A stretch of DNA of 64,000 nucleotides from Eledone cirrhosa (GCA_964016885.1 OZ024757.1:19158001-19222000), one strand, 5' to 3'. Positions 25,660-39,236 are shown, counted from the first letter of the stretch. A program made the numbers and translations. The notes: generated from the sequence alone by a model not told the origin.

Positions 25660-25746
25660 AATCTAATATCTAATAATTACTTTTTCTCATTTTTTGTAGG
25701 TGAGTATTAAATATTTTTTACCAGTTCAACTGAAACCAGGTAAAAA
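25660..25746 (+). other. Candidate 3' splice site immediately followed by a 5' splice site (recursive site or 40-nt exon 25700-25739)
   Basis: CTAAT branch-like motif, then TTTTTCTCATTTTTTGTAG|GTGAGT. A second donor CCAG|GTAAAA is at 25740. Confidence 0.45.
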
Positions 25747-25973
25747 AAGTTATAGACAGTTTTTATTGTTGTTGATTTCTTCAATTTAACCTTTGAAAAA
25801 TTAATGAAAAGAAATATTTACTCATTATAAATTGGCAATTATTGCTAATTATGTGTAAGAAACAGTTTAATGTGACATTTTAATAACAAATCAACTCTCC
25901 CTCTTTTTCTTCATCTAAATTTAATTATTCTAACTTACTCAGGTATTCCTAGTTCACACATCACTCCCTCATC

Positions 25974-26422
25974 CAGAGGCGCAACTAGGGTATGGCAAGC
26001 ATGGTATGTACCACAGGCCCCACTTGGAAGGGAGCACCACTTGGACTACGTTCTATTAAAGTTAGATAAGGTGTTGTCAGAGAGTGAAAAAAGAAACTTC
26101 TTCAGATGTATGATCTGTCTCTGATTATCATGGCTGAGAAACAATATGGTGGCTGAGTCATTAACCCTTTAGCATTTAAACCAGCCAGAACACTCTAACC
26201 TCTTTCTGATCAAGCCAGCTGTAACTGGCTGCTCATACCATGTAGATTTGATATTATGTAAGATAAAGCCTGGACTGTAAAAATACAATAGTAAATATAG
26301 AGTAATGTAAATGCTAAAACTAATTATATAAATTATTAGGTCCATAGGTAAAATTACAGTGCTGGGCAGGGGCGTAATTTCACTGCTTGCCATAGGTGCT
26401 ATTTTCCCTAGTTATGCCTCTG
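25974..26422. mobile_element. hAT-like MITE with a nested piggyBac-like MITE, inserted in a short tandem repeat of about 54 bp (25925-26640)
   Basis: TIRs CAGAGGCGCAACTAGGG / CCCTAGTTATGCCTCTG; 8-bp flanks CCCTCATC / CCCTCAAC. Confidence 0.7.
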
Positions 26423-26699
26423 CCCTCAACTCATTATTCTAAGTTACTCAGGTACCCCTAGTTCACATATCACTCCCTCATCTCATTATTTTAACTTACT
26501 CAGGTACCTCTGTTTCACATATCACTCCCTCATCTCATTATTTTAACTTACTCAGGTACCCCTGGTTCACATATCACTCCCTCATTTAATTATTCTGAGT
26601 TACTCAGGTACCCCTTGGTTCACAGATCACTCCCTCATTTCATCAACCCTATTGTGTCCAGACCACCAGACCCCTAACCCCACACCTCCACACTAACTA

Positions 26700-27570
26700 T
26701 ATTACAATTACTGTGGTTAAAATAATCAACTTTCTCTCCTTACAAAATGTTGGTTTTGGTCCCTCAATTCCTCCTGAATTTATACAATTACTGTGGTTGA
26801 AATAATCAACTTTCTCTCCCTACAAAATGTGGGTTTTGTACCCTAAATTCAGTGTGACTTTATACAAGCACTGTGGTTGATATTTATCAACTTTCTCTCC
26901 CTATAAAATGTTGCTTTTGGTCCCTCAATTCCACTTGATTTTATATAATTACTGTGGTTGAAATAATCAACTTTCTCTCCCTACAAAATGTTGGTTTTGT
27001 ACCCTAAAATAGACCTGACTCTATACAATTACTGTGGTTGAAATAATCAACTTTCCTCCCTACAAAATATTGGTTTTGGTCCCTAATTTCCGCTTGATTT
27101 TATATAATTACTGTGGTTGAAATAATCAACTTTCTCTCCCTACAAAATGTTGGTTTTGTACCCTAAAATAGACCTGACTTTATACAAGTACTGTGGTTGA
27201 TATTATCAACTTTCCTCCCTACAAAATATTGGTTTTGGTCCCTAATTTCCGCCTGACTCTATACAATTACTGTGGTTGAAATAATCAACTTTCTCTCCCT
27301 ACAAAATATTGGTTTTGGTCCCTAATTTCCGCCTGACTTTATACAATTACTGTGGTTGAAATAATCAACTTTCTCTCCCTACAAAATGTGGGTTTTGTAC
27401 CCTAAATTCAGTGTGACTTTATACAAGTACTGTGGTTGATATTATCAACTTTCCTCCCTACAAAATATTGGTTTTGGTCCCTAATTTCCGCCTGACTTTA
27501 TACAATTACTGTGGTTGAAATAATCAACTTTCTCAACCTACAAAATGTTGGTTTTGTGCCCTAATTTCGA
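26700..27570. repeat. Tandem repeat of about 80 bp, about 11 copies
   Basis: Unit TATACAATTACTGTGGTTGAAATAATCAACTTTCTCTCCCTACAAAATGTTGGTTTTG... Confidence 0.95.
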
Positions 27571-28037
27571 AACTATTGTTTACCACATGTCAACACACTA
27601 TATCTACTGTCAACACACTATATATACTGTCATGTATTGTTGAAATAAATAGAGTTTGACATACTCAACAGGGAATAAATAGGTGTGGATAAATTGTTTA
27701 CATAATCAGATATCTTGCTAAGTAAAGTAGTCTGATAGCTAGCATTATAGTTGTTTAGATGTTTAGTTGGGGTCTCATTATGTAAACTAAACATCTAATA
27801 CTGGTTTTTTTGTTTTTTTTAAATCAACGGGACAACCTAGAAAAAATGGGGTCCTGCGTGCTGGCCTCCTCACAGCCCCGGCGAACAGAATGGAGAAAGC
27901 GTTTCCCCGGAGGATGAATAATTACTTAATGTCATTCGCAATTAAAATTTGTTAGCAGAAGATTAATAGCTGCTTCTAATTAGCGATTAATTGTGCTAGT
28001 GTTGGTGGAATATTCTATCTTCTGGTCATATTATGTG

Positions 28038-28205
28038 AAGGCGAATGGCTTAGTGGTTAGAGCATTGGGCTTGCAATCGAAAGGTTGTGAGTTCAATTCT
28101 CGGACAGGGTGATGTGTTGTTTCCTTGAGCAAGACACTTTATTTCACATTACTCCAGTTTACTCAGCTGTAGAAATGAGATGATAGGACTGGGGTCCCTA
28201 TCATT
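28038..28205 (+). mobile_element. SINE family A, 5' portion
   Basis: GGCGAATGGCTTAGTGGTTAGAGC...GAGTTCAATTC followed by the CORE-like block. Confidence 0.85.
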
Positions 28206-28276
28206 AAATCACCCAAGACACCTCTAATGAGATATACCTTGGAGGAGGCCAGCTAAACCTGCATAGGTGTGAGCTG

Positions 28277-28318
<42 letters not shown>

Positions 28319-29060
28319 TATGGTGTTTTCTGTCATATACATCATGTAACATCCATATTACCTGTTAGCATGGGTTGCTCAGGTCATTAAGGAACAAATT
28401 AGTATGTAATTGGGGTCACTGACTGACCAGACAGGCTGGAGTCAGCATTTTTCTGAAATACATTCCCACACTTTACAGAGTGTACTGGGTGTATTTTATC
28501 ATGTCACCAGCACTAGGGAGGTTGTCATGCCCATGACACAGCTGAAAAGTCAACTGTTTGTTTTAGCAAGGGGTTTATCTATAGCTCGATGCCTTACCTA
28601 TCAGCAACCACTTTACAGAGTGTACTGTGTGTATTTTATCATGTCACCAGCACTAGGGAGGTTGTCACGTTTTTGACACAACTAAAGAGTCCTTTCAACT
28701 GTTTGTTTTAGCAGGGTGTTTATCTATAGCTGGATGCCTTTCCTATCAGCAACCACTTTACAGAGTGTACTGGGAGTTTTTTGTTGTGACTGTTACATGA
28801 CCACTTTACAGTGTGGGCTGGATGGTTTTTGTCGTGACACCTACACAACCACATTTACAGTGTGGACTGGGTGATTTTTGTCATGATACCTACACGACCA
28901 GTATACAGTGTGGGCTGGGTGCCTTTTGTCGTGACACCTACATGACCACTCTACAGTGTGGACTGGGTGCTTTTAGTTATGTTGGCATCACAAACACTTT
29001 ATATTGTGGGCTGGGATTTTTTGTAGGAAGAGTATGTAGGGATAAAGGAGATGTGGGTAT

Positions 29061-31596
29061 ATAATAATAATAATGAAATTATTGTGTAAAGTGCTCAGAT
29101 GCACTACAACTCGTCAAAGGTGCATGTATAGTACATAGAATAATATACAAATGTCAGGGAAGTGAATAGTGTATGAGTCATGATATACATGTGTGTATGT
29201 GTATGGAGGGGGAACATTAGGTGTAGTGTTGGCGAATCTCGGGAAGCATGGAGGTTTTAAAGGATGCAGTGTCTCAACAGCTAACAACTGATGCAGGTAG
29301 TTTGTTCCATGCTTCAGCAACTCTGAGCGTGAAAAAAACGTTTCCAAAAGTCATGAGAACTGTGCTGTTTTCTGACTTTGTGGGCATGCCCACGTGTGTT
29401 AGACACATGGAAATCAAAAAGGTACTCAGGGTTGTTGTTGGCAAGATGGTTAACAATTTTGTGAGTGTTTACCAAGTCAGTTGCCAGGCGTCGGAGCTTC
29501 AATGTATCCATGCCCAGGGAAGCAAGGCGTCCAGAGTATAGTAGATGCCTGATGGAGGGTATTCGCTTGGTTGCACGTCTCTAAACAGTTTCCAGGCGGT
29601 CAATATTCTGAGCAAGATAGGGGTTCCAGACTGGTGATGCAAATTCTAAGTGTGGTCGCACCATAGCCATGTACAGCTTTAAATAGATAACTGGAGAGCG
29701 GCTGACAAAGGTCTTGCTGAGTGATGCTAAGACACCCTCGGCCCTCTTGACAATTTTAGAGATGTGCTTCATCCAACGCAAATCGCTGCTGACCGTAATG
29801 CCCAGGTCACATTCACAAGAAGACTTCTTTATATTAGTGCTGTGGAGGGAGTATGTGGACACTGGGTTTTTACTCCCAAAATGCATGGTGGTGCACTTGT
29901 CCACAGCTAGCTTGAGTTGCCAGTCTGTGATCCATTGTTGCATTGTGTCCAGGTCAGACTGCAAGCAAGATCTATAGTGTTCAGGATCTGTCCTTTTTAT
30001 CTCAACGGTCAGCTTGATGTCATCTGCGTATTTCAGTACTGTGGCATTCTTTAAGTTGGCATCTATGTCATTAATATATGCCACAAACAAAAGGGGGCCA
30101 AGAACAGATCCCTGTGGTACACCAGATGACATCTCATATGGTGAGGAATGCTGTCCCAGAACCGTGACTACCTCTCTTCGACTGAGAATGAAGGACTTCA
30201 CCCAGTTAAGAAGATCATCCTTCACACCCATTGCAGAGAGTTTTGCCATAAGCCTTTTTTTGTGGCACAGAATTGAAAGCTTTTGCAAAGTCAAGGTAAA
30301 CAACATTCACCCATGAGCCGCCATCAGTGATCCGGGTGATGTCTTCAAGAACTCGATAAGTTGATTACAGCAGCTGGAGTTAGGGATAAACCCAAATTGC
30401 GAGGGCCGGATAAGACTGTGAGAGTTCCAGAAGTTCCAAAGTGTTTCTCTGACACAGGATTCCATCAGTTTGGCAATGCAACTAGTAAGACTGACTGGAT
30501 GATAGTTCACAGGTGATGTGCGGTCACCCTTTTTGAACAGAGGAATGACACTGGCAGTTTTCCACTGTTCTGGAGTAGCACTGTTGTTCAGACAGAATTG
30601 GAAGAAGCATGATAGCTGATGCAAAAGGAAGTACCCACCACGTTTAAGAAGCAGGTACGTAACACCATCAAGACCAGGAGAGGCATGGTTGCATTTATTT
30701 TTAAGGTGACGTCGCAGCATTGCAGGTGTAAATTCCATGGTTGTAATAGAATCCGGTGTCATAGGTGGTGGAGATGGTACACTCTGGTCTTCAATAGTGA
30801 AAATGCCTGCATAGCATTCAGCAATGAGCTCTGCGCACTCCTTGGGGTCGTCAGTAACCTGGCTTGTGTGGGGATTGTGAAGAGGACCAACTGGAGAGTG
30901 AGGCCTCTGCTTTGAGTGAGGCCTCTGCTTTGAGTGAACATACTTCCAGAACACCTTACTGTCAGGGCTGGTTGCTATGCGCTGCTCAAATTGAAGCACT
31001 GCCTTTTTTGTCACCTGTTTGAGGTGGTTGGACAATTTATTTTGCCTCTTCCTATTGATGTCTGATTTGTGCAGTTTGTACTCACGTTCAGCATTGCGAC
31101 GTTATTTTCTGGCAAGACGGACTGCTGCAGCCTCCCAAATTGCACTTTTGGGATGTTTTTCTGCTTACGTGGCACCAATGCTGCACATGCTGTCCATATT
31201 GAGCTCAGGATGTTCTGGAGTACAGTGTTGACATCTCCAGAGTCGTAGAACTGGACATAGCAACTCGGTGCAGTAACAGTTCCAGTCTGCTTTATTCCAG
31301 TCAAAGTGAGCAGTTTGGAGATGGTTGTGGTTCTTGTTACTGCCCATGGGGGATAGATTGGCAATGATCATAGCATGATCAGAGTCACCTAAAGGTTCCT
31401 CAGCAGTAACACTAATGACCGTTTCAGGAGTAGTGGTGAAGAGTAGGTCCAAAGTGTTGTCACCTCTTGTTGGGGAGGTGACCACTTGGGACCAACTCGA
31501 GTCCAGCACTAGCTCAAGGAAGTCATTTGCACTTGGCGGCCAACGAAAGGTTTCCCAGTCAATCTCGGGGTGATTGAAGTCCCCTGCAATAAAAAC
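29061..31596 (-). mobile_element. CR1-group LINE, 5'-truncated, with a disrupted APE-RT ORF2
   Basis: Endonuclease motifs AGDFNHPEIDW and PTRGDNTLDLL; RT motifs QFGF, SGVPQGSVLGPLLF and YADDIKL; RPHLEFASPVWNP. Frameshifts and stops are present; (ATT)n tail. Confidence 0.93.
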
Positions 31597-31734
31597 ATGT
31601 ATATATTATTTTTCTTTCGTGTATATTGTTTCATTAACTTTACAACTATGTAGACAGCTGAAGCCATCAAACTCAAACTCCAAAGTCACTGTCGCTTTTT
31701 CTGCGTATAAATATAACTACTAAGAGGTAGTGAG

Positions 31735-32578
31735 ATAGTGTGTGTGAGTGTGAGAGTGTGTATGTGTATGTATGTGTGAGTGTGTGTATGTATGTGTGAG
31801 TGTGTATGCGTATGTATGTGAGAGTGTGTGTGTGTAAGTTTGAGTGTGTGTGTGTGTGTGTGTATGTATGTGTGAGTGTGTGTATGTATGTGTGAGTGTG
31901 TATGCGTATGTATGTGAGAGTGTATGTATGTGTGAGTGTGTATGCGTATGTATGTGCGAGTGTGTGTGTAAGTTTGAGTGTGTGTGTGTGTGTGTGAGTG
32001 TGTGTATGTATGTGTGAGTTTGTATGCGTATGTATGTGAGTGTATGTATGTGTGAGTGTGTATGCGTATGTATGTGAGAGTGTGTATGTCTGTGTGAGTG
32101 TGTATGCGTATGTATGTGTGAGTGTGTGTATGTATGTGTGAGTGTGTATGTGCGAGTGTGTGTGTGTAAGTTTGAGTGTGTGTGTGTGTGTGTATGTATG
32201 TGTGAGTGTGTGTATGTGTGAGTGTATGCGTATGTATGTGAGAGTGTGTATGCGTATGTATGTGAGAGTGTGTATGTATGTATGTGTGAGTGTGTATGCG
32301 TACGTATGTGAGAGTGTGTATGTATGTATGTGTGAGTGTGTGTGCGTATGTATGTGAGAGTGTGTATGCGTATGTATGTGCGAGTTTGAGTGTGTGTGTG
32401 TATGTGTGAGTGTGTGTGTGTATGTATGCGTGAGTGAGTGTGTGTATGAGAAATGCTATGATTGTATGCTTACCTATATACAACCACATTCAATCAAGCG
32501 TGACTGTGTGTGTGTATATGTATGTGCACACACAGACTTTCCAGTGTAACATTATATTACAAACAGTGTGTGTGTGTG

Positions 32579-32612
<34 letters not shown>

Positions 32613-32671
32613 TGGTTCACATATTGCACTGGGGTGTGATTGTTTGTATGTGTTTGTAAAAGAGTACATGG

Positions 32672-32719
<48 letters not shown>

Positions 32720-32903
32720 CAAGGTTTGAACCTGAATATGGGTGTGTTGACCTAATATAGAATTGTGTGTGTGTAGCGTTTGTGATCGTCTAATTAAATG
32801 CTTGTGTAGATGTGAGTATATATGTATGTGTGTGTGTGTGTGTATATGTATATACACAAACATATAAACACACACACATGTATAGATATCAATACATTCA
32901 TAC

Positions 32904-32958
<55 letters not shown>

Positions 32959-33039
32959 CACACACACATATATACACACATATATATACACAAACATATA
33001 AAGACACACACATGTATAGATATCAATACATTCATACAC

Positions 33040-33072
<33 letters not shown>

Positions 33073-33129
33073 TACACACACACACACACACACACATGCA
33101 CACACACATATATACACACACATATATAC

Positions 33130-33160
<31 letters not shown>

Positions 33161-33209
33161 CACACATACACACACATACATACGCATACACACATATATA
33201 TACACATAC

Positions 33210-33254
<45 letters not shown>

Positions 33255-33268
33255 TATTTGCACATGCA

Positions 33269-33314
<46 letters not shown>

Positions 33315-33399
33315 TTCAATCATTAGTAAACTAATAGGTTTATCAGTCAAGGGAGAGCAGCCATCTCTTTAAACAAATACATGAAATATACAATTACAG

Positions 33400-33433
<34 letters not shown>

Positions 33434-33477
33434 AACTACTATTACCATTACTACTACTACCATGACTACTATTACCA

Positions 33478-33512
<35 letters not shown>

Positions 33513-33925
33513 GATGTATCTAGAAAGAGAAAAAAGAGAGAAAGAGAGTGACAGAGATAGAGAGAGAAAGAAAAAGAGTGACAGAAATAGAGAGAGAAAG
33601 AAAGAGAGTGATAGAGATAGAGAGAGAAAGAAAGAGAGTGACACAGATAGAGAGAGAAAGAAAGAGAGTGACAGAGATAGAGAGAGAAAGAAAGAGAGTG
33701 ACAGAGATAGAGAAACAAAGAGAGTGGCAGAGAGAGAAAGAGTGACATAGATAGAGAGAGAAAGAAAGAGTGACAGAGATAGAGAGAGAAACAAAGAGAG
33801 TGACAGAGATAGAGAGAGAAAGAAAGAGAGTGACAGAGATAGAGAGAGAAACAAAGAAAGTGACAGAGATAGAGAGAGAAACAAAGAAAGTGACAGAGAG
33901 AAAGAGAGAGGTGGAGAGAGTGACA
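31735..33925. repeat. Compound microsatellites: (TG)n variants, (CA/TA)n, (CTA)n, GA-rich minisatellite
   Basis: Direct reading. Confidence 0.95.
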
Positions 33926-34129
33926 TACCTACAGGCAGACAGAAGTCATAGTAAAGTAACCTGGCTGGCCTAGCACATTATACCCAGGTATTGCACCCCT
34001 GCTAATCAACCACATGACAGGGCAACAGGAGGAGGGCTGTTTCCCCCCTGTCCACCACCTGCCAGCCTACCTACCTATCAACTAGTAGTAAAGTAGTAAA
34101 GTAGTAACTACCATACACACAAAGTAACA

Positions 34130-34344
34130 ATGTTGACAACGTGTTTACAACTGTCCAACAGTACACCTATGCTCGTCTGTCCGAAATTGGCCGAAGAGAT
34201 CAATATTTTAGCCGTCCCTCGGCATGTCAACGATCACTGGAGTACCGTTTATGGGGGTAGCTTGGGAAGAAAGAAGTCTTCTCGTTTCGGTGGCCGGCAT
34301 CAAAGAAGTGGAAGTGGTGATGTCAAGGTGTCTAATTATCCCAG
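34130..34344 (+). CDS. Candidate first coding exon of an unidentified host gene
   Basis: Unique, relatively CpG-rich sequence. ATG in AACAATG context, 71 open codons (MLTTCLQLS...GSLGRKKSSRFGGRHQRSGSGDVKVSNYP), ending at CCAG|GTGAGA. No family recognised. Confidence 0.45.
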
Positions 34345-34532
34345 GTGAGAAGTCTTACCTATCTTCCTGTTACCTCCATTTATATATATATATAGTTAGC
34401 ACCCCAAACACTAAATTGGGATAATACTTAAGTATATCCTAATGTTTGTTGAGTGAGATGGAGTTGGTCGGAGTATCGCTTAAGGCTTTCTCTCTTTATG
34501 TATTGTATATATATATATATATATATAGAATA

Positions 34533-34800
34533 TACGATATTAAATAAATGGAAACTATATTTATAAAACCATATTTATTTCATTATATATATTTCAGGGA
34601 TATCATATTAAAAATATGGTATGCCTTTTTAATATTTTTAATATGATATCCCTGAAATATATATAATGAAATAAATATGGTTTTATAAATATAGTTTCCA
34701 TTTATTTAATATCGTAAATATACTCCAAATACTTGTTGAGTGCTTTTATATCAGTTATAAATATTTACTCGTTGTAACCCAACAATTTAAATAAAACTTT
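34533..34800 (+). mobile_element. Fold-back palindrome (34533-34716) plus tail; family shared with 45100-45300 and 15760-15850
   Basis: Arms are reverse-complementary and contain the hammerhead 3' half (CCCT GAAA TATATA TA ATGAAAT). The tail reads TACTCCAAATACTTGTTGAGTGCT. Confidence 0.75.
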
Positions 34801-35284
34801 GCATATATAGAATATATATATATATAATTAATTGTATATATATATATAGATTAATCATATTATAAGGTATCTATTTTTGAAGTTCTGGTCAACTTTATTT
34901 AGTTATCTACCTAGCTATGTGTGATTACACACTTGTAAAAATTATCTCTTGTGATTATTCATGTTTATTTATGTTAATCAATTTCTAGTTATTATATATA
35001 TATATATATGTGTTAACCTATTATATCCCTTCCTTATACTGTACCGATTGTGTTGTTCTTTCTGTTTACCTTTTAAATACACATATATATATATATATAT
35101 TTATTCAAATAACAGATTAAAGTTTAAGCAAAGTATCGCTGCTTTCATCCTTAATGGTTCTTATATATTTGATATATATTTATCCTTATCGAGCCCTCTT
35201 TGGATTTTAGTCTTCAAATTTATTATTATTACTATATATATATATATATATATATAATGTATAATAAACAATACAATATAATTA

Positions 35285-35352
35285 CCTCATTACCAGAGGT
35301 TTCCCGAATAAGACGAATACGAAAAACGTCCTCATTCGTTCGTCGGACAAGG
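35285..35352 (-). ncRNA. Type I hammerhead-like motif (CCGACGA variant)
   Basis: Minus strand: ccttgt CCGACGA acgaatgaggacg...cgtcttattcgg GAAACC tct GGTA atgagg. Related degenerate copies at 16430-16590 and 1685-1780. Confidence 0.65.
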
Positions 35353-35784
35353 CAAATACGTTAAATTTTGCTCTGGTACTTACATAGAGCACTCTTCACT
35401 CCTATGACTTTTTCAATTTTCAACGGAAACTTCAATACCTATATATATATATATATTTATATATTATTATATATATATATATATTATTATTATTGAGTTC
35501 AAATCCCGCCGAGGTTAACTTTGCCTTTCATCCTTACGGGGTCGATAAAATAAAGTACCAGTAATACATTGGGTAATTTCTGGCCTTGTGCCAAATGTAG
35601 AAACAATTATTATATATATATATATAATAATATGTATAATAAAATTTAATTGATCACAAGAACATCTATTTTATTAATATTTGTATTTTAATATTAATAA
35701 CTCTGGAAAATATTTTTTTGTAGAGTGCTTCCAATCTACTGTAAAACTCATTCTTTGATGTACTCATTGAATCTTGTTTAACTC

Positions 35785-35820
<36 letters not shown>

Positions 35821-35823
<3 letters not shown>

Positions 35824-36014
35824 AAAGTGTTCAAGACCCCGACGGCAGAGCTCAAGCTGTTTCGGTGGCTATTTCTGGACTCAGAAATAGCCAGAAACGG
35901 CTTGAGCTCTGCCGTCGGGGTCTTGAATATTTTTCTATTACCGACTCTACTACCCAAAGTATTGAGTACTCTGGTGCATTATGGTCCACCTGGTTCCTGA
36001 CCACACTTCCTTCG

Positions 36015-36016
<2 letters not shown>
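35821..36016 (+). mobile_element. Family H1 hairpin element in (TA)n
   Basis: Homologous to 14779-14968. Stem III GAAACGGC...GCCGTC is intact; the tail reads GACTC...TTGAGTACTC. Confidence 0.75.
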
Positions 36017-36063
<47 letters not shown>

Positions 36064-36065
<2 letters not shown>

Positions 36066-36442
36066 GAAATGGCTTCTACAGGACTAGAACTGTTTCATTC
36101 GAAGGAAATCATCATGAATGGTTTCCTTAGAATGAAACAGTTCTAGTCCTGTAAAAGCCATTTCTATATTAAAACATTATATACTCTGCTATGAATTGAC
36201 TACCTTACTTACTGTGGTTACCTCCGATTGAACCGGGGATAAATATGTGTGTGTTTATATATGTGTGTGTGTATGTTTATATATATATATATATATATAT
36301 ATGATGATTTCTTTTGAATGAAAACAATTCTAGTCCTGTAGAAGCTATTTCTATATTAAACATGATGTTTACACTCTACTAATGTATTGAGTACTTTGGT
36401 ACCTTACTAACTGTGGTTACCCCCGATTGAACCCAGGGATCA
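36064..36442 (+). mobile_element. Fold-back element (hairpin 36064-36166 plus tail) and a second, non-palindromic copy (36301-36442)
   Basis: The arm contains GAAAC agttcta GTC. The tail of copy 2 reads CACTCTACTAATGTATTGAGTACT. Confidence 0.7.
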
Positions 36443-36887
36443 TATATATAACTTCGCTATGTATAGGCCCAGGCCTTGTCTAACTAAATAGCACCACTTG
36501 ATAAATAATTATATATATATATTTATAAATATATATATAAGTATGTATACATACATGGTGACTGCCAACTCGCTTTCGAATACGGCCACTACTTTACATC
36601 CATGTAGGAGAACCCCTACCGATGCGCTGAACGAGTGTGACTTTTTAGTCCAGCCAGCAACTTGAAAACTCTGGTACAAACACTACACTTGTGACAATTA
36701 TTGACACATAGGGCTGGGTCCATGGTACCATGTGACAATAAGTGCAGAGAGATCTCCAGATATAAAGCAATGCCTGTGCCGTGAAGCTTCTATAGTGAGC
36801 AAAGGCACTGCACAAAGCCAGTCCCACTCTCTTAACCAAGAGATAACCATATATATACATACATACATACATATATATATACATACA

Positions 36888-36935
<48 letters not shown>

Positions 36936-36948
36936 CATATATACATAC

Positions 36949-37021
<73 letters not shown>

Positions 37022-37193
37022 CATGTCTATGTACATATACACCAAAATAAACAAGCAACAGCTTGGATGTTGCAGTGGTGATGCTGATGGTGATGTTTGT
37101 TGTTGTGATAGTGTTTTGGTTGACATTGTAGTGGTAGTAGTGGTGGTAGTGGAATATGCTACTACTCAGCTGACCTCTTTTTAATGTGTCTGA

Positions 37194-37231
<38 letters not shown>

Positions 37232-37317
37232 TTTTCCCTGAGTCGTTTTTTTTCATTGTCCTGGTCCTAGCGGCTCGCTTTTCGGTCGCTGTCTTCAATT
37301 TGCATAGCTGTCTAAAC

Positions 37318-37792
37318 CATTGGTTCCCAACCAGGGGGCTATGGCCCACCAGTGGGCCATAGCTAGTTACTGGGGGAGCCACGGGAATTAACTAAAAATC
37401 ACAAAATTTCATACATAAAAAAGAAGAGTAGTTTCCTAACATAATTTTTTTCTTTTTCTTGCTTCACATTTTTATATTCAACTTTTTATCAACTTTCTAC
37501 CTTTTCTAATTATAATTTTACTTCACTTGATAATTATTTAAATCTGGATATAACAATTTATATTTTAGTAAATAAACTTAGTAAAGAAACTTATTTTTAT
37601 AACAGGATATATATTATTTATTTTAGTAAATTTTAGTAAAGTTTATAATAAATTTAAAATGATTTGATTGAAATAAAAAGACATGCCGAAATTATTTCTA
37701 CATAAAAAAAATTATATAAAAAATTTTGGAGGGCCATACTGTTTTGCTATATCATTAAGGTGGAATTTATTACAAAAGGTTGGGAACCGCTG
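37318..37792. mobile_element. hAT (Charlie-like) MITE
   Basis: TIRs CATTGGTTCCCAACC / GGTTGGGAACCGCTG with a perfect 8-bp TSD GTCTAAAC. Confidence 0.9.
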
Positions 37793-37916
37793 GTCTAAAC
37801 GTAATGTTATAACTCTAAGGTAGAATTCCTTATTGAGTGCTTTTGGCTGCACTTTCCGATAGCATTCGTTAGTTTACCCGCAACCAGAGCTTCGATTATG
37901 CTGTACTACTTTCTTG

Positions 37917-37944
<28 letters not shown>

Positions 37945-37947
<3 letters not shown>

Positions 37948-38455
37948 TTCACGCTCAGAGTTGCTGAAGCATGGAACAAACTACCTGCATCAGTTGTTAG
38001 CTGTCGAGACACTGCATCCTTTAAGGCCTCCATGCTTCCCGAGATCCGCCAACACTACAGCTAACACATACAAACATGTACTTCCCTGGCATTTGTGTAT
38101 TATTCTATGTACTATATTGACGAGTTGTAGTGCACCTGAGCACTTTACACAATAATTTCATTATTATTATTATTATTATATTATATAATAATAATAAAAT
38201 TATCGTGTACAGTGCTCAGGTGCACTACAACTCATCAAAGGTGCATGTATAGTACATAGAATAATAAAGTGTCAGGAAAATGAACAGTGTATGAGTCATG
38301 ATATAATAACAATAACAATAATGAAATATTGTGTACAGTGCCCAGGTGCACCACAACTCATCAAAAAAGTGCATGTACAGTACATAGGGCAATGCACAAA
38401 CATCAGTAAAATGAATAGTGCACGAGTCATGATACACACATGGGTCATGATACAC
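37945..38455. mobile_element. Two CR1-like 3' fragments, tail to tail (37945-38175 plus, 38185-38455 minus)
   Basis: Both match the LINE at 29061-29350 and the double-tail variant at 53838-54090. Confidence 0.85.
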
Positions 38456-38554
38456 ACATATATATATATATATACACACACATACACAGATATATATGTG
38501 TGTGTGTATGTATATGTACGCTCTCCTGTCATTTTACACTATAATATATGTGTC

Positions 38555-38590
<36 letters not shown>

Positions 38591-38633
38591 AAAGAAACCA
38601 AAGAAGGCTTATATACTCAAGCAGTTTTTATTG

Positions 38634-38678
38634 GCTTACAATCTTTCATCCATACCGTTTGGTAGGAATCAGCAGAGC
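38634..38678 (-). ncRNA. Degenerate hammerhead-like motif
   Basis: Minus strand: gct CTGCTGA ttcctacc aaac ggtatggat GAAA gatt GTA agc, followed by TTGAGTAT. Confidence 0.5.
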
Positions 38679-38935
38679 TTAATAAACACAGTGCTGAGTA
38701 TAAGCTCCACCGAGCTTAGTCACACGAATAATCGGAATGCAATAGAGGGTATATATATATATATATGTATATACATTGCAAGCAGGGAAAAGCGGACGTA
38801 AAATGATGATGATGATATATATATATAGAAATACCAGACAGTCCTATGCGAGCAAGACAATCACTCTTGCCTCAAGTGGGACTACCCCCGTCCAAACCCA
38901 TGCAAGCGTGGAACACGGACGTTAAACGTTGATGA

Positions 38936-38989
<54 letters not shown>

Positions 38990-39175
38990 CAATATGTTGA
39001 AAAGGTAGTACACCAGAGAGAGATATACAGTGTGTTATCAATAATACAGGGAAAAAACCCCACCAGTGTATGGAATCTATAACCTATGAAAGGCAGACTA
39101 TAGACACGATAATTAAAAATATAAATTAAAGCGTAAATAAATACCTCTATAACTATATAACACACGTACAAATCC

Positions 39176-39236
39176 AAAGATATGTTTCACCAGTAATTTG
39201 TTGAAAGAAATGGGTTAGCCTCGGTTCATCAGCATG
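39176..39236 (-). ncRNA. Degenerate hammerhead-like motif
   Basis: Minus strand: CTGATGA acc...ggt GAAAC ata TC. Stem I pairs poorly. Confidence 0.4.

Noticed and set aside
27847-27900. HDV/CPEB3-like ribozyme (GGGG...GCCTCCTCACAGCCCCGGCGAA)
   Set aside because: The L3-like TCCTCAC is suggestive, but I could not build a 7-bp P1, P4 and P2 in the required order.
28038-28110. tRNA gene
   Set aside because: A and B boxes are present but the sequence continues into the CORE-like SINE body, with no complete cloverleaf or terminator.
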